A stretch of 64,000 nucleotides of DNA from an uncultured Thermococci archaeon (lineage in GTDB: Archaea; CAYQAE01; CAYVLA01): assembly GCA_964549615.1 (NCBI GenBank), contig CAZJVP010000076.1:1-64000 (forward strand), read 5' to 3'. The notes beneath the pieces were generated by a model. It ran no database searches and was not told the origin of the DNA. It saw only the letters and a list, made by a program, of their open reading frames with translations. Each line of letters begins with the position of its first letter. Positions within the stretch are counted from its first letter, which is position 1. Shown here piece by piece: positions 8,308 through 17,910 of the stretch. The position numbers and the translations under genes are program-made.

Positions 8308-11300
8308 TTGTACAAAAAGGGATTCTCAGTAGCGACTATCGGAATCGTCCTAGCGAGCATGTTTGCAGCGATCCCCACAGCCGTCGCCCAGGTGCCAAGG
8401 CCGGCCAACTACATGTTGGTCGAATATGCCTGGCTCAAGGAGGACGGCGCGGGACCCGAGACATGGAAGCAGTACAACAACACGGGTTGGAACAGGCTGA
8501 ACCTGAGCTTCAGGTTCTCCAAGGTTGACTTCGCCTATGTGGCTAGGAGCGCGGCGACCGCAGACAGTTTCAACGTGACCTTTATCGTGTACCACAACCA
8601 GAGCGCCGCGAACGGGTTCAACAAGACGGGCCACCTCTTCCCCGGTTCCACCCCGGTCTACACCATCACCATGCCAGCGACCACCACCCAGACGGCGGGT
8701 CTCTACACCTACCACCTGTTCATCACGGTCTACGACCCAGCGGGAGTGCCAGGGATATACCAGCTTAGGATCAACGAGACCGGCCCGGGATCGGGCTCAT
8801 CCTGGACGAGCCCTGCGGGCAACCCGAACGTCCAGTGGATGTTCTTCTTCGTTCCAACCGTTTCCCCAGCGATAACCGTCACGGACCAGCTTGGCAGGCC
8901 CCAGCCGTTCTACCTGGATGGCCCGTCGCCGTCGACCAAGTTTAACGCCACCATGGTGATCGCGCCTCCGGGCAACAACACCGGCGCCACGACGGCAACG
9001 GTGAAGTGGTTCAACCCGGCCGGCGTCCAGATCGGTTCGACCAAGACGGTGCCCATCTATTACGTCGGTGCTGGCAAGTGGGCCGCGCAGAACGTCATCA
9101 ATGCGAACACCAGCGCGTTCCCGTTCAACGCTTCCTACCCCTACAGCGTGCAGATAACCATGGGCTACTTCATCCAGGCCGGGACCTTCTACGTGCTTTC
9201 GACGCAGTGGGTCCAGGTGAGCATTGACGTGACGCCGGTCAAGGGCCAGTGGTTTGACCCAAGCAGCTTCCAGGTTACCTTCACGGCGCAGATCAACACC
9301 GGGATGTCGTACAACCCGTACCAGAGCGTGTGGAACATCTCTCTACAGTTCTGGGACAAGGTCCACTACTTCTCGGGCGGCGTCCCAGTGTGGAGACGTG
9401 GAGGTGTCCTAGCCAACCTCAGCTGGAACATCACCGGCTACCCGGTGATCCCAGGGAGCAGCTACACCTACACCTACACCAAGATGATACCAGCGAGATG
9501 GATCGACAACAGCACTGACAGGTTGAGCGAGTTCTTCGGCGACTACGAGATCAGGTCGGTCCCGATGGCCCAGTTCCCGGCGGTGACTGCAAAGAAGGCC
9601 TTCTACGTGGATGACCCCATCGAGGGATATACCTCGAGGGTGAAGGCATCGACCACGAAGGTGGGCATCTTCGAGCAGAAGCCTGCAACGATCTGGGCGA
9701 ACGTGGAGTTCGACCCGACCTACCTGAGGAGCCGTGTGAACAGCAACGCGGCCTACACGAACAAGAAGACCAACATCACCTGGTACTACCCGACGCCGCC
9801 TACGCTGCTCAAGCCGCCTGGTAACTACCAGACGACGATGACGCAGGATGCGGGCTGGCCGTCGAGCCAGTACTGGGCCTTCAGCGATGCGAAGATCAAC
9901 GCCACCCGGCCGATCGGGACGTACTACATAATCGTTAACGCAACCACCAACAACAACTACGTGGTCAGGGAGCTGATCACTTACAGCGTGGTCTACAGGG
10001 CGCTCTACCTGGAGATCTGGCCCAAGTGGCCGGTGTATCAGCCGTGCATGAAGAAGACCATCATCGGGAAGACCTACTACCTCGACGAGTACGACAACGA
10101 GGTCCCCGTTGACTGGGGCTTCTACATCTACCAGCTGGTCGACCCCAACGGCGTGGTCTACAGCGAGCCAACCGAAAGCTTGGGCGGGTACGTCCAGGCC
10201 TTCGGCACGCTATGGTTCGACGAGTGGGCTCCATTCCCGTGGACCTACACAAAGAAGATCGCTCCGAGCACCCAGGCCCTCGGCGCCATCGTCGATGACT
10301 TGCCATCGGACGCCGAACCGGGAACTTGGACGGTCTACGCCATGGCCTTGAACACTAGCTGGAAGAGCACGGGAGTCCAGACCATAGAGCCGTACAGCTA
10401 CCAGGGACCGGCGACATGCACCTTCGTGGTGAGTGGCGAGGACGTCCACTTCATGATCGACGACATCCTAGCGGCGATCGATGAGACGAGCAGCGTGACA
10501 TGGGACAAGCTTGCCGAGGTGATGACCAAGTTGGACAGCATCTCGAGCCAGATAACCAGCTTGAAGGACACCGAGATCAAGTCGATCATAACCAAGGTCG
10601 ACGCGGTCATGTCCAAGCTGACCAGCATGGACACCAGCATCACCGCCAAGCTGTCCTCGATCGAGGAATACTCCCGTGAGATAAGGGCGCTGACCTCGAG
10701 GATCGACAGGTGGCGCACGGACCTAGCGACGATGTTGACGGACAACTTCGCCAAGGTGATCGCCGAGGTGAAGGCGGTCAACAACAACATCAACAGCAAG
10801 TGGACTGAGCTCGGCGGGCTGTGGGACGTCACCTTCTGGAGGACGTCCAGAGACCCCAGGTCCCTCGCCTGGAGGATCGAGAACGCCAAGGGCGAGGTCC
10901 TGACCCAGCTGACGAACACGCTGAACACGATGATCGCGAAGATGGACACGGTGAACGCTGGTCTGGCAGAGAGGCTGACCAACATCCTGAACTCGATCGC
11001 GTCCGAGGCGGGAGGCCTTGATGCGTCGGTCAGGGCGACCATCACGCAGAACATCAACTACGCCATCTCAAGCATTAGGGAGAAGGTTGATCAGAGCACT
11101 GCCACGACGGGCACCAAGATCGCGGACGCGGCCAACGGGCTGCATGCCAGGTTCGCGGGCGTGATCTCGGAGATCGGGTATGTGAGCGACAAGGTGGACA
11201 AGGTCTACGAGAAGGTCGGCGGCGTTGAGTCCAACATAAAGGACAAGGTCGCGTCCGTCGACTCCTCGGTTGGCACCAAGCTCCTTGTGGCGATCATCCT

Positions 11301-11367
11301 GATCGTGATCGTCCTGATCCTGTGCCTGCTTCCGATCGTCGCTCCAGGGTTCAGAATGAAGGAGTAG
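8308..11367 (+). CDS. Large surface glycoprotein: Ig-like domains + long coiled coil + C-terminal TM anchor (S-layer stalk/SlaB-like architecture)
   Basis: Signal peptide, many N-x-S/T sequons, beta-rich N-terminal ~710 aa, ~280-aa amphipathic helical region, TM LLVAIILIVIVLILCLLPIV; strong RBS and terminator. Confidence 0.7.
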   Translation: MYKKGFSVATIGIVLASMFAAIPTAVAQVPRPANYMLVEYAWLKEDGAGPETWKQYNNTGWNRLNLSFRFSKVDFAYVARSAATADSFNVTFIVYHNQSAANGFNKTGHLFPGSTPVYTITMPATTTQTAGLYTYHLFITVYDPAGVPGIYQLRINETGPGSGSSWTSPAGNPNVQWMFFFVPTVSPAITVTDQLGRPQPFYLDGPSPSTKFNATMVIAPPGNNTGATTATVKWFNPAGVQIGSTKTVPIYYVGAGKWAAQNVINANTSAFPFNASYPYSVQITMGYFIQAGTFYVLSTQWVQVSIDVTPVKGQWFDPSSFQVTFTAQINTGMSYNPYQSVWNISLQFWDKVHYFSGGVPVWRRGGVLANLSWNITGYPVIPGSSYTYTYTKMIPARWIDNSTDRLSEFFGDYEIRSVPMAQFPAVTAKKAFYVDDPIEGYTSRVKASTTKVGIFEQKPATIWANVEFDPTYLRSRVNSNAAYTNKKTNITWYYPTPPTLLKPPGNYQTTMTQDAGWPSSQYWAFSDAKINATRPIGTYYIIVNATTNNNYVVRELITYSVVYRALYLEIWPKWPVYQPCMKKTIIGKTYYLDEYDNEVPVDWGFYIYQLVDPNGVVYSEPTESLGGYVQAFGTLWFDEWAPFPWTYTKKIAPSTQALGAIVDDLPSDAEPGTWTVYAMALNTSWKSTGVQTIEPYSYQGPATCTFVVSGEDVHFMIDDILAAIDETSSVTWDKLAEVMTKLDSISSQITSLKDTEIKSIITKVDAVMSKLTSMDTSITAKLSSIEEYSREIRALTSRIDRWRTDLATMLTDNFAKVIAEVKAVNNNINSKWTELGGLWDVTFWRTSRDPRSLAWRIENAKGEVLTQLTNTLNTMIAKMDTVNAGLAERLTNILNSIASEAGGLDASVRATITQNINYAISSIREKVDQSTATTGTKIADAANGLHARFAGVISEIGYVSDKVDKVYEKVGGVESNIKDKVASVDSSVGTKLLVAIILIVIVLILCLLPIVAPGFRMKE

Positions 11368-11389
11368 AGCCAGCGGAACTCAAACTCAA

Positions 11390-11426
11390 TTTTTTCTTTT
11401 TTCTTTTCTCTTCTTTCCTTCTTTTC
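11390..11426 (+). terminator. Oligo-T/pyrimidine-tract terminator
   Basis: TTTTTTCTTTTTTCTTTTCTCTTCTTTCCTTCTTTT starting 23 nt after the 8308-11367 stop codon. Confidence 0.75.
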
Positions 11427-11505
11427 ACTCAGTAGGGTGTATGAGGTTGTTTTTGGTTTTCTGCCTGGCCGAGGCCGGCCCAGTCTTGCTAGAAGATGGG
11501 TGAAT

Positions 11506-13908
11506 TCATGCGATGCCCGTGCGCCAGTGAATAGGAAGAACCAAGGTTCCCGGTTCTGGTTCCGAAACCTTCCTGACGCTCACGTCGTCGAAGAAGGATG
11601 TTCCGTCCAGATAACCCTCCAGGCCGAACCAGGCCAAGTTCGCCTCGTCAAGGACGGCGGTCTCGGCCACCTGCAGTCCGTCAACGTACATCTTGCACGA
11701 TGCCGGGCCGACGCTGATCGAGAGCCTGTGCCACCCAGGCGTCCTAGCGATGCTAGTTGCAGCGTAGGAGAGGGGGTAGACGTGGTACACGTAGTGCGTC
11801 GCGTTTGCAGCCGGGTAGACCCCCACGCCAATGAAGCTGGAACGGCCGTCGAACAGCCTCAGGATCGCCAGGGTCCTTGTGTCGTTCGCTAGGTCATCGT
11901 AGTACCAGGCGGAATATTCGAAGGGTCCGCCTAGGCTTTTCCTCACCTTCGGGTAGAGCTTCGATCCCACCAGAGCAAGCGCGTATTCCGAATCCCTAGC
12001 GTGAAGGCGCGAGCCCCTTGCGTTGCCCTGCACCGCGTCCCAATCGCCAAGGTCCGGGGTGACGGCCTGGAGGCCTTCCCAGGATCTCGCCAACCCGATG
12101 CGACAGCGGAATGATGTGTCGAAGGCGGAGTAATACAGCCAGATCTCGTCCCCGACCACCACGGGCGAGGATCTGTATATCCTCATGGATTCCCATGTCC
12201 CGGGGACGGGCGCAAGGATCGGGTTCTGCAACGACCTCGTCCAGTTGACTCCGTCGGACGACCTCGCGAGGCAGAGGTGGTACTCGGCGCCGTCGTTGGC
12301 GACGTAGTACAGCAAGAAGGAGCCATTGTGGAAGATCACGTCGCCGTGCCAGATCGCCTTCATGTCATACGATGACGGAAGCGGGCTTAGGAGCGGGTTC
12401 TCAGGCAGCTTGGTCCAGTGGATGCCGTCGGCCGACCTCGCGCCGCACATCCAGACCAGGGTCCTGTTTCCTTCGGCGCCTTCCGAGAAGTACCACATGT
12501 GGAAGCCCGTTTCGTTGTGGTAGACCGTGGGGGACATGAGGAAGTCGTGCGATTCGTGGCCCAGCCCCACGTCCGCGGACAGGACCGGATTAGCATCGAT
12601 CTTGCGGAAGACCTTGCCGTCTTTGGATATGGCGAGTCCTATCCTCTGCCAGCTCTTGTTGGCCGGCCTTCCGGCGTAGTACAGAAACCATGTATCGCCC
12701 ACCTTGACCACGTCGGGGTCGGCGAGCAGCCCGTCGTCCCACTGGCCTGGATCCCCGGGCTCGATGAGGGGATTCCTCACGCCTTTGTCGGTGAAGTGGA
12801 TGCCGTCGTTGGATCGAACAAGGCAGGGCAGTTCGGCCGAATCAGGCGGGTAGGGGGTGTAGTACATCCAGAACTTGTACCCGTCCACGCGCTTTGCAAA
12901 GTACAGGACATCCGGGTGCACGACGCCCGTGCCTTTGTATTCCTTGATTTTCAGCGGGTTTCCTTCAAACCTCTCGAAAGCCTCGCCCATGGGAAGCGCG
13001 GCCTTTGTCTCGAAGGACGTGAAGAACACGAAGGTTTCGGTTCCGTTCGTTCGCGGGCCTGCGCGGCGATTTCCATAATAGAGCCAGATCGTTCTCGTGC
13101 CGTTGGAGGGAATTCGCGGCACCCTGACCCAGATCCTCGTATGCTCTGTGCCGATTCCGGACTCTATCCAGTAGGGAAGCTCGGTCAGATCGTCCTGGTC
13201 GACCAGGCGGATGTCGCTTCCGTCCGGCTTCATCCTGCGCGCGGAGATCAAGCTCTGGGTGTCGATCTGTACGAGAACCTGATGGTCGATCAGGTCCTCG
13301 GCGCTTCCGTTGGCGTCAAGCCTGACGGGCATGCGGAACTTCCAATCGCTGCTCCACCAGTGGCCCGAGTAGGTAACCTCGATCCAGATGCGGTCAAACC
13401 AGCCCATACTCGTCGTAGCCTTCTCATCTGCCTTCACCATAAGAGCGAGGCCTTCCAGCATCGTGGCGTTGACCCCAAGGCGGGAAAGGCTGGACGCCCA
13501 GGTTTTCGAACCGGCCCTCTTGGATGGCCGTATTTCCTTGGCGCTCTGGTCGCCCACCGCCAAGATGAAGCGGAAGCCGAAACCCCGGCTGCGGTTGGTC
13601 AGAAGTGCTTTGACGACGATGCTGTGTATCCTCGATCCTGGGGGGATGTGCCCTTGCCAGCCGGAAAGCACCAGCCGATCCTCGCCCATGCCTCGGATTC
13701 CAGCGGCCTTCCCGTCCTCCTTCGATAGCGGGGCGACGACGTCCTCTCCCTCGGAGCCGATGCTGCGGGTTGGCAGGTACTCGGCCCGGAGCCTGCGCGG
13801 GGCTGCGAGCAGGACAACTGACCCGAGGCCGATGAGCAGGATGACCAACGTCGCTGCAAATATGGCCCTGGTCGGCCGCTCTCTGTATCGCCTCAGCCCG
13901 GGTGACAT
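11506..13908 (-). CDS. Membrane-anchored DUF2341-type protein with five-bladed glycoside-hydrolase-like propeller
   Basis: N-terminal TM; WWxxDWKFR...DGSDIR...LPYWIE...IWVRVP...LYYGN (DUF2341 pattern); repeated NP(V/I/L)L, SxDGxxW/F and DPDVV/SPVV blade motifs typical of GH43/32/130-clan propellers. Confidence 0.7.
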   Translation of the reverse strand: MSPGLRRYRERPTRAIFAATLVILLIGLGSVVLLAAPRRLRAEYLPTRSIGSEGEDVVAPLSKEDGKAAGIRGMGEDRLVLSGWQGHIPPGSRIHSIVVKALLTNRSRGFGFRFILAVGDQSAKEIRPSKRAGSKTWASSLSRLGVNATMLEGLALMVKADEKATTSMGWFDRIWIEVTYSGHWWSSDWKFRMPVRLDANGSAEDLIDHQVLVQIDTQSLISARRMKPDGSDIRLVDQDDLTELPYWIESGIGTEHTRIWVRVPRIPSNGTRTIWLYYGNRRAGPRTNGTETFVFFTSFETKAALPMGEAFERFEGNPLKIKEYKGTGVVHPDVLYFAKRVDGYKFWMYYTPYPPDSAELPCLVRSNDGIHFTDKGVRNPLIEPGDPGQWDDGLLADPDVVKVGDTWFLYYAGRPANKSWQRIGLAISKDGKVFRKIDANPVLSADVGLGHESHDFLMSPTVYHNETGFHMWYFSEGAEGNRTLVWMCGARSADGIHWTKLPENPLLSPLPSSYDMKAIWHGDVIFHNGSFLLYYVANDGAEYHLCLARSSDGVNWTRSLQNPILAPVPGTWESMRIYRSSPVVVGDEIWLYYSAFDTSFRCRIGLARSWEGLQAVTPDLGDWDAVQGNARGSRLHARDSEYALALVGSKLYPKVRKSLGGPFEYSAWYYDDLANDTRTLAILRLFDGRSSFIGVGVYPAANATHYVYHVYPLSYAATSIARTPGWHRLSISVGPASCKMYVDGLQVAETAVLDEANLAWFGLEGYLDGTSFFDDVSVRKVSEPEPGTLVLPIHWRTGIA

Positions 13909-14031
13909 GACAAGGAGCTCGTACGCCGAGGGTCAGCGCCTCAAAAAAGTTTTGGGGTTCACCCCAACCCTCAACGATTCCCCTCCCGGCGTGGATGTCC
14001 AAGGCTATCGGCGGGCGCTCGGGCGATCTTC

Positions 14032-15699
14032 CTACCTCTTGGTGACGGCCTTCATCAGCAGCCCGATATCCATCTCTGCTGCAAGGACCGGAACGGGAAG
14101 TTGCCATGCGGCCAGGACGGCCGGGTGGATCTCGCCCAGCACCCCGATCGCCTGTTGGCCCAGGATCATGCTCGCAGCGCGGCCGTCGATGAAGGCGGGA
14201 TCGGTGGTCGGCCTCATCTCGCAGCTGGCTCCGAGGGAGAGCAGTATCGATTCTGCGACGCCCTTGATCTGGGTGAAGTTCACCTTCGAGTCCGCCCAGG
14301 CGAAGGACAGCTTCCTGGCCGTGCGGCACTCCTGGCCTGCCAGCTCCACCGCATCGCCGACCTCGAAGACGAGCTGCGGGTAGGAGACGTGGGCGTTGTG
14401 GGACAGGAACTCCATCACGGATGGTAGGAGGTTTGGCCTGAAGATCGAGAAATTCTGGCTGACCGGATTCTCGATCTCGACGAACGGGACGCTCCTGTTC
14501 CCCATCCTCGCGCAGACGTTGTCAGGGCTTGTGAGGATGAAGGTCATTATCTCTTGGAACCCCAGCCCGATCATGAGCTCGCGCACCGCATCGGAGAAGT
14601 CCTCAAGTTCGTCGGTGCGTCCCACCGTCGGGATCTCGGGCCGTATCGGCGTCATTCTGTGGTAGCCGTACATCACGGCGACCTCCTCTATCAGGTCCGC
14701 CTCGTGCATGATGTCCCCGCGGTAGGGCGGGACTTCAACCTCTATGAGCGCCCCGTGCGGACGTGCGCCGAACCTAGCCTTTCTTAGCAGGACGATCATC
14801 TGGTTCCTGCTCATGTTGAGCCCGAGGAGCCTATTGCAGCGTTCGGGGTCAAGGGTTCTCGTCTCCGTGGACAGCTCAGGCGTGATGCGGACGTCCCTTT
14901 TGCCGTAGACGAGCTCGACGCTGCCGATCCTCCCTCCTCTGTCCGCGAGCGCGGTCGCGAGCACGTTCAGGCCCAGCGACAGGGCTCGAAAATCCATGCC
15001 CGTGGCCTCGACGAAAAGGTTCCTCGTCTGGGGCGTCACCCTGCCGAGCGTGTTGGAGTTAATGATGGGGGGCATCGAGAGAACCTGGTTTTCTGAGTCC
15101 AGGAGGATGGGATAGCGGTCGAACCCCTCGAGGAGATGCGCAAACTCCCTGCCTTTGGGGTGTTCGGCGAGTATCCGTCGCGGCGTCATCTCCTCTTCGG
15201 AGCCCAACGGGACGAAGGCATGTTCGTCCGGCCGGGTGACCGTGTAGGTGACGGGTGGCTTGATCAGGTCAAGGTCATAGAACCCTATGGCCATCCTCCT
15301 CCTGCCTCGCCCATAAGTCGTGTGCATCTTCTCCTGAAGGTTCATGTAGGAAACGATAGCCTGATCGGAAAGCGTCACCCCCCAGGCGCAGCAGGCGACC
15401 ACGCAGGGCCTGACCTTCTTCACCTTCGGGTCAACGTAAACACGGCCGCCCGAAGGGCGTGTCCTGAACTTCGGCAAGCCGGTCTCGATCCCGAGGTAGC
15501 CTTTGAGCGTCCGGGCAATGCCCTCCGCAGATAGAAGGTCTACCCTGTTGCTGTCTAGGACCTCGAGCCTTATCTCCTCCCCCTCTATGGACTCGACTCT
15601 GGCTTTGCATCCAAGCATGGCGGACTCCAGTTCCTTCTCATCCAGGGTTCGTCCAAGCAACGAAAACAAGTCTGAGGCGAAAATGCTGGTTGCAGGCAT
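14032..15699 (-). CDS. pheT: Phenylalanine--tRNA ligase beta subunit
   Basis: NRVDLLSAEGIAR, QEKMHTTYGRGRR, SMPPIINS, PPYRGDIMHEADLIEE; ATG 15699 overlaps the pheS stop (TGATG). Confidence 0.95.
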   Translation of the reverse strand: MPATSIFASDLFSLLGRTLDEKELESAMLGCKARVESIEGEEIRLEVLDSNRVDLLSAEGIARTLKGYLGIETGLPKFRTRPSGGRVYVDPKVKKVRPCVVACCAWGVTLSDQAIVSYMNLQEKMHTTYGRGRRRMAIGFYDLDLIKPPVTYTVTRPDEHAFVPLGSEEEMTPRRILAEHPKGREFAHLLEGFDRYPILLDSENQVLSMPPIINSNTLGRVTPQTRNLFVEATGMDFRALSLGLNVLATALADRGGRIGSVELVYGKRDVRITPELSTETRTLDPERCNRLLGLNMSRNQMIVLLRKARFGARPHGALIEVEVPPYRGDIMHEADLIEEVAVMYGYHRMTPIRPEIPTVGRTDELEDFSDAVRELMIGLGFQEIMTFILTSPDNVCARMGNRSVPFVEIENPVSQNFSIFRPNLLPSVMEFLSHNAHVSYPQLVFEVGDAVELAGQECRTARKLSFAWADSKVNFTQIKGVAESILLSLGASCEMRPTTDPAFIDGRAASMILGQQAIGVLGEIHPAVLAAWQLPVPVLAAEMDIGLLMKAVTKR

Positions 15700-17180
15700 C
15701 AGGGCACCACCCGGCTGTTCCTCAGCCACTCAAGGTTGTGCGAGAAGAGTTCCCTGATATCATCAAGGCCCAGGCTGAACATGGCCAGCCTGTCTATGCC
15801 CATGCCCCAGGCGATCACGGGGATCCGGACCCCGAACGGCTTCGTGACCTCTTCCCTGAAGATCCCGGCGCCGCCAAGCTCCACCCACCGGTCCTGCGCC
15901 GCCGAGTATGCAATCAGGTCGACGGATGGCTCGGTGAATGGGTAGTAGCTCGGGACGAAGGCGTAGTTGGGCTGGTGGGCGATCTCAACGGCGAACATCT
16001 CGAGGATGCCGAGCAGATGTCTGAAGGTCAGCCCCTTGTCTGCGATTATGCCCTCGCACTGGTTGAACTCTATCAGGTGGTTCCTGTCCAGCACATCCGG
16101 CCTGAAGACCCTCGCTATCGAGAAGTACTTCGCCGACCCGCTTATTCCCCCCGCTAGCGTCCGGGCAGAAAGCGCCGTTCCCTGGGTCCTGCCGACAAGG
16201 CGCGAGGCCTCCTCGGCCGACCATTTGTAGCGCCAGCCCGTTGAACCGGTCGTCCAGCCGTTCTCATGGGTCATCCTGACCCTCCTCACGTAATCCTCCT
16301 TGGGCAGGACGCCGTGCGAGGGATTCTTTATCCTGAATGTGTCGTGTATCTCCCTTGCGGGATGGTTCTGGGCCTGGAAAAGCGCATCGAAGTTCCAGAA
16401 GGCCAGCTCGACAAGGGGCCCGGTCATCTCGACGAATCCCATGGCGACAAGCTTCCTCCGGGTCATGTCGAGGAAGCGCCGGTACGGCTGCTTCTTTGCC
16501 GCCCTCGCGGCGGGAGCGGGCGCACTGACATCGAAGGGCTTGAAACCCCTGACCTTCCATTCGCCGGACCTCAGCGCATCGGGCGTGAGGTCGACCATCC
16601 GTGTGTCGGATCCAACCTGCTTGGCCGCCGCGACGCCTTCCCGGGTGAGGCATGCGTATCTTTCGACGGCCTCCGTCCTCTCGATAAGTCCCCTCCTCAC
16701 CAGCAGCTCGGCTGACTCTGGCTGCTGCCCGTTCGCCACCTTCTCAAGCTCGAGGCGAAGCGGGTGTTGCGTCGCCACGGTCCGCCCCTTCTCCGTGGGG
16801 CTCAGCACTCCCTTCTCCAGCACGATCAGGCCTTGCGACTTAGCCTGCCCCATGCCAATGGTTGCCAGTTCCCTGCCCAGCGCGTCCAGCGCATCGGCCA
16901 CCTCCAGCCGACCCGCCCGAACAACCCTCTCGAGCAAGATCTCCTCAGGCAGCCCATCCCTGAGGGCTTCCCTGCCCCTCGGCGTGAGCGAGAACACGAT
17001 GCGCCGGACGTCCCTTGTCTGGACTAGGCCCCTTTCCCTGAGCATCGATACGCCCGCATAGACGGACTGAACCGGCAGGGAAAGGGTCTGGGCAACCTCC
17101 TCGAGCTTCCTCTCGCCGCCCTTGGCGAGTTCCTGAAGCATCTCAACTTCCAATCGGTGATATTCCGCCATCCAGATCAT
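15699..17180 (-). CDS. pheS: Phenylalanine--tRNA ligase alpha subunit (archaeal type)
   Basis: FWNFDALFQAQNHPAREIHDTF, HLIEFNQCEG, YYPFTEPS, ELGGAGIFR, AWGMGIDRLAM. Confidence 0.96.
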   Translation of the reverse strand: MIWMAEYHRLEVEMLQELAKGGERKLEEVAQTLSLPVQSVYAGVSMLRERGLVQTRDVRRIVFSLTPRGREALRDGLPEEILLERVVRAGRLEVADALDALGRELATIGMGQAKSQGLIVLEKGVLSPTEKGRTVATQHPLRLELEKVANGQQPESAELLVRRGLIERTEAVERYACLTREGVAAAKQVGSDTRMVDLTPDALRSGEWKVRGFKPFDVSAPAPAARAAKKQPYRRFLDMTRRKLVAMGFVEMTGPLVELAFWNFDALFQAQNHPAREIHDTFRIKNPSHGVLPKEDYVRRVRMTHENGWTTGSTGWRYKWSAEEASRLVGRTQGTALSARTLAGGISGSAKYFSIARVFRPDVLDRNHLIEFNQCEGIIADKGLTFRHLLGILEMFAVEIAHQPNYAFVPSYYPFTEPSVDLIAYSAAQDRWVELGGAGIFREEVTKPFGVRIPVIAWGMGIDRLAMFSLGLDDIRELFSHNLEWLRNSRVVP

Positions 17181-17201
17181 CCGGCAGGGCGGGCGATGCC
17201 G

Positions 17202-17570
17202 CTACTGCGTCAGCGAGATTATTGCCTCCGCGATGTCTCCGTTGGCACGGATGAGGGCATCCCGCGCCTTCTCCTTTGAAGTCTTGGCCTGTGATGCGAC
17301 GAGCTGGACATCCTCCTCGGATATCTCCGGCGCACCGGCCAGAGCCTCGCCCTTCACCTGGGCCTTCTCCTTCTCCTCCTCGCCGACCACCTGGTACATC
17401 GTCTGGCCCATTATCTTTGTCTTGGTTACCTGGGGGCTGGTTATGGTGATCTCGCCTTTTTCGCTATAGATGACCACCTTGCTGACGTTGGGTATCTGTT
17501 CGACCCGCATCCCCAACTGGCGCATCATCCTCTCCATCTGCCTCGGGTTCATCCCCTTCATCGGATACAT
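17202..17570 (-). CDS. nac: Nascent polypeptide-associated complex protein
   Basis: MNPRQMERMMRQLG N-terminus and UBA-like EEDVQLVASQA...GDIAEAIISL; start trimmed to ATG 17570. Confidence 0.92.
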   Translation of the reverse strand: MYPMKGMNPRQMERMMRQLGMRVEQIPNVSKVVIYSEKGEITITSPQVTKTKIMGQTMYQVVGEEEKEKAQVKGEALAGAPEISEEDVQLVASQAKTSKEKARDALIRANGDIAEAIISLTQ

Positions 17571-17824
17571 GATGATCCCTTCCCCGTGCTTCTCCTGCAC
17601 CACCAATCAAGCCTCTGCTTAAGAATCTTCAGATCCGTTCTGAGGGAGGGGTTCTCGACATCGGCCATGCGGTCCTCCAACCTACTGATCAGGTCTTGCA
17701 CGTTGCTTGACTCCTCAAGCAGGTTGGCGAGCATCTCGCGGGTCCTCCCGATGTAGCATAGGCTGGGCACCACATCGGCAAACGCCGACCATGCCCTGCG
17801 GCAGCCGTCTTCGTCCATCGGCAA
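17558..17824 (-). CDS. Hypothetical small helical protein
   Basis: Fills the space upstream of nac in the same orientation with a short overlap; no recognised motif. Confidence 0.5.
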   Translation of the reverse strand: MPMDEDGCRRAWSAFADVVPSLCYIGRTREMLANLLEESSNVQDLISRLEDRMADVENPSLRTDLKILKQRLDWWCRRSTGKGSSCIR

Positions 17825-17910
17825 CCCTCAGGATCCCTTCACTGCCACCGTCTGTACCATAGGTCTTCTACCGGATTCATTAATAACATCCACCAAGGGC
17901 GCAAGCATGC

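Noticed and set aside
12418-14383. Long overlapping ORFs of 436, 331 and 301 aa
   Set aside because: They overlap well-supported genes in other frames or strands and have low-complexity R/G/P composition.
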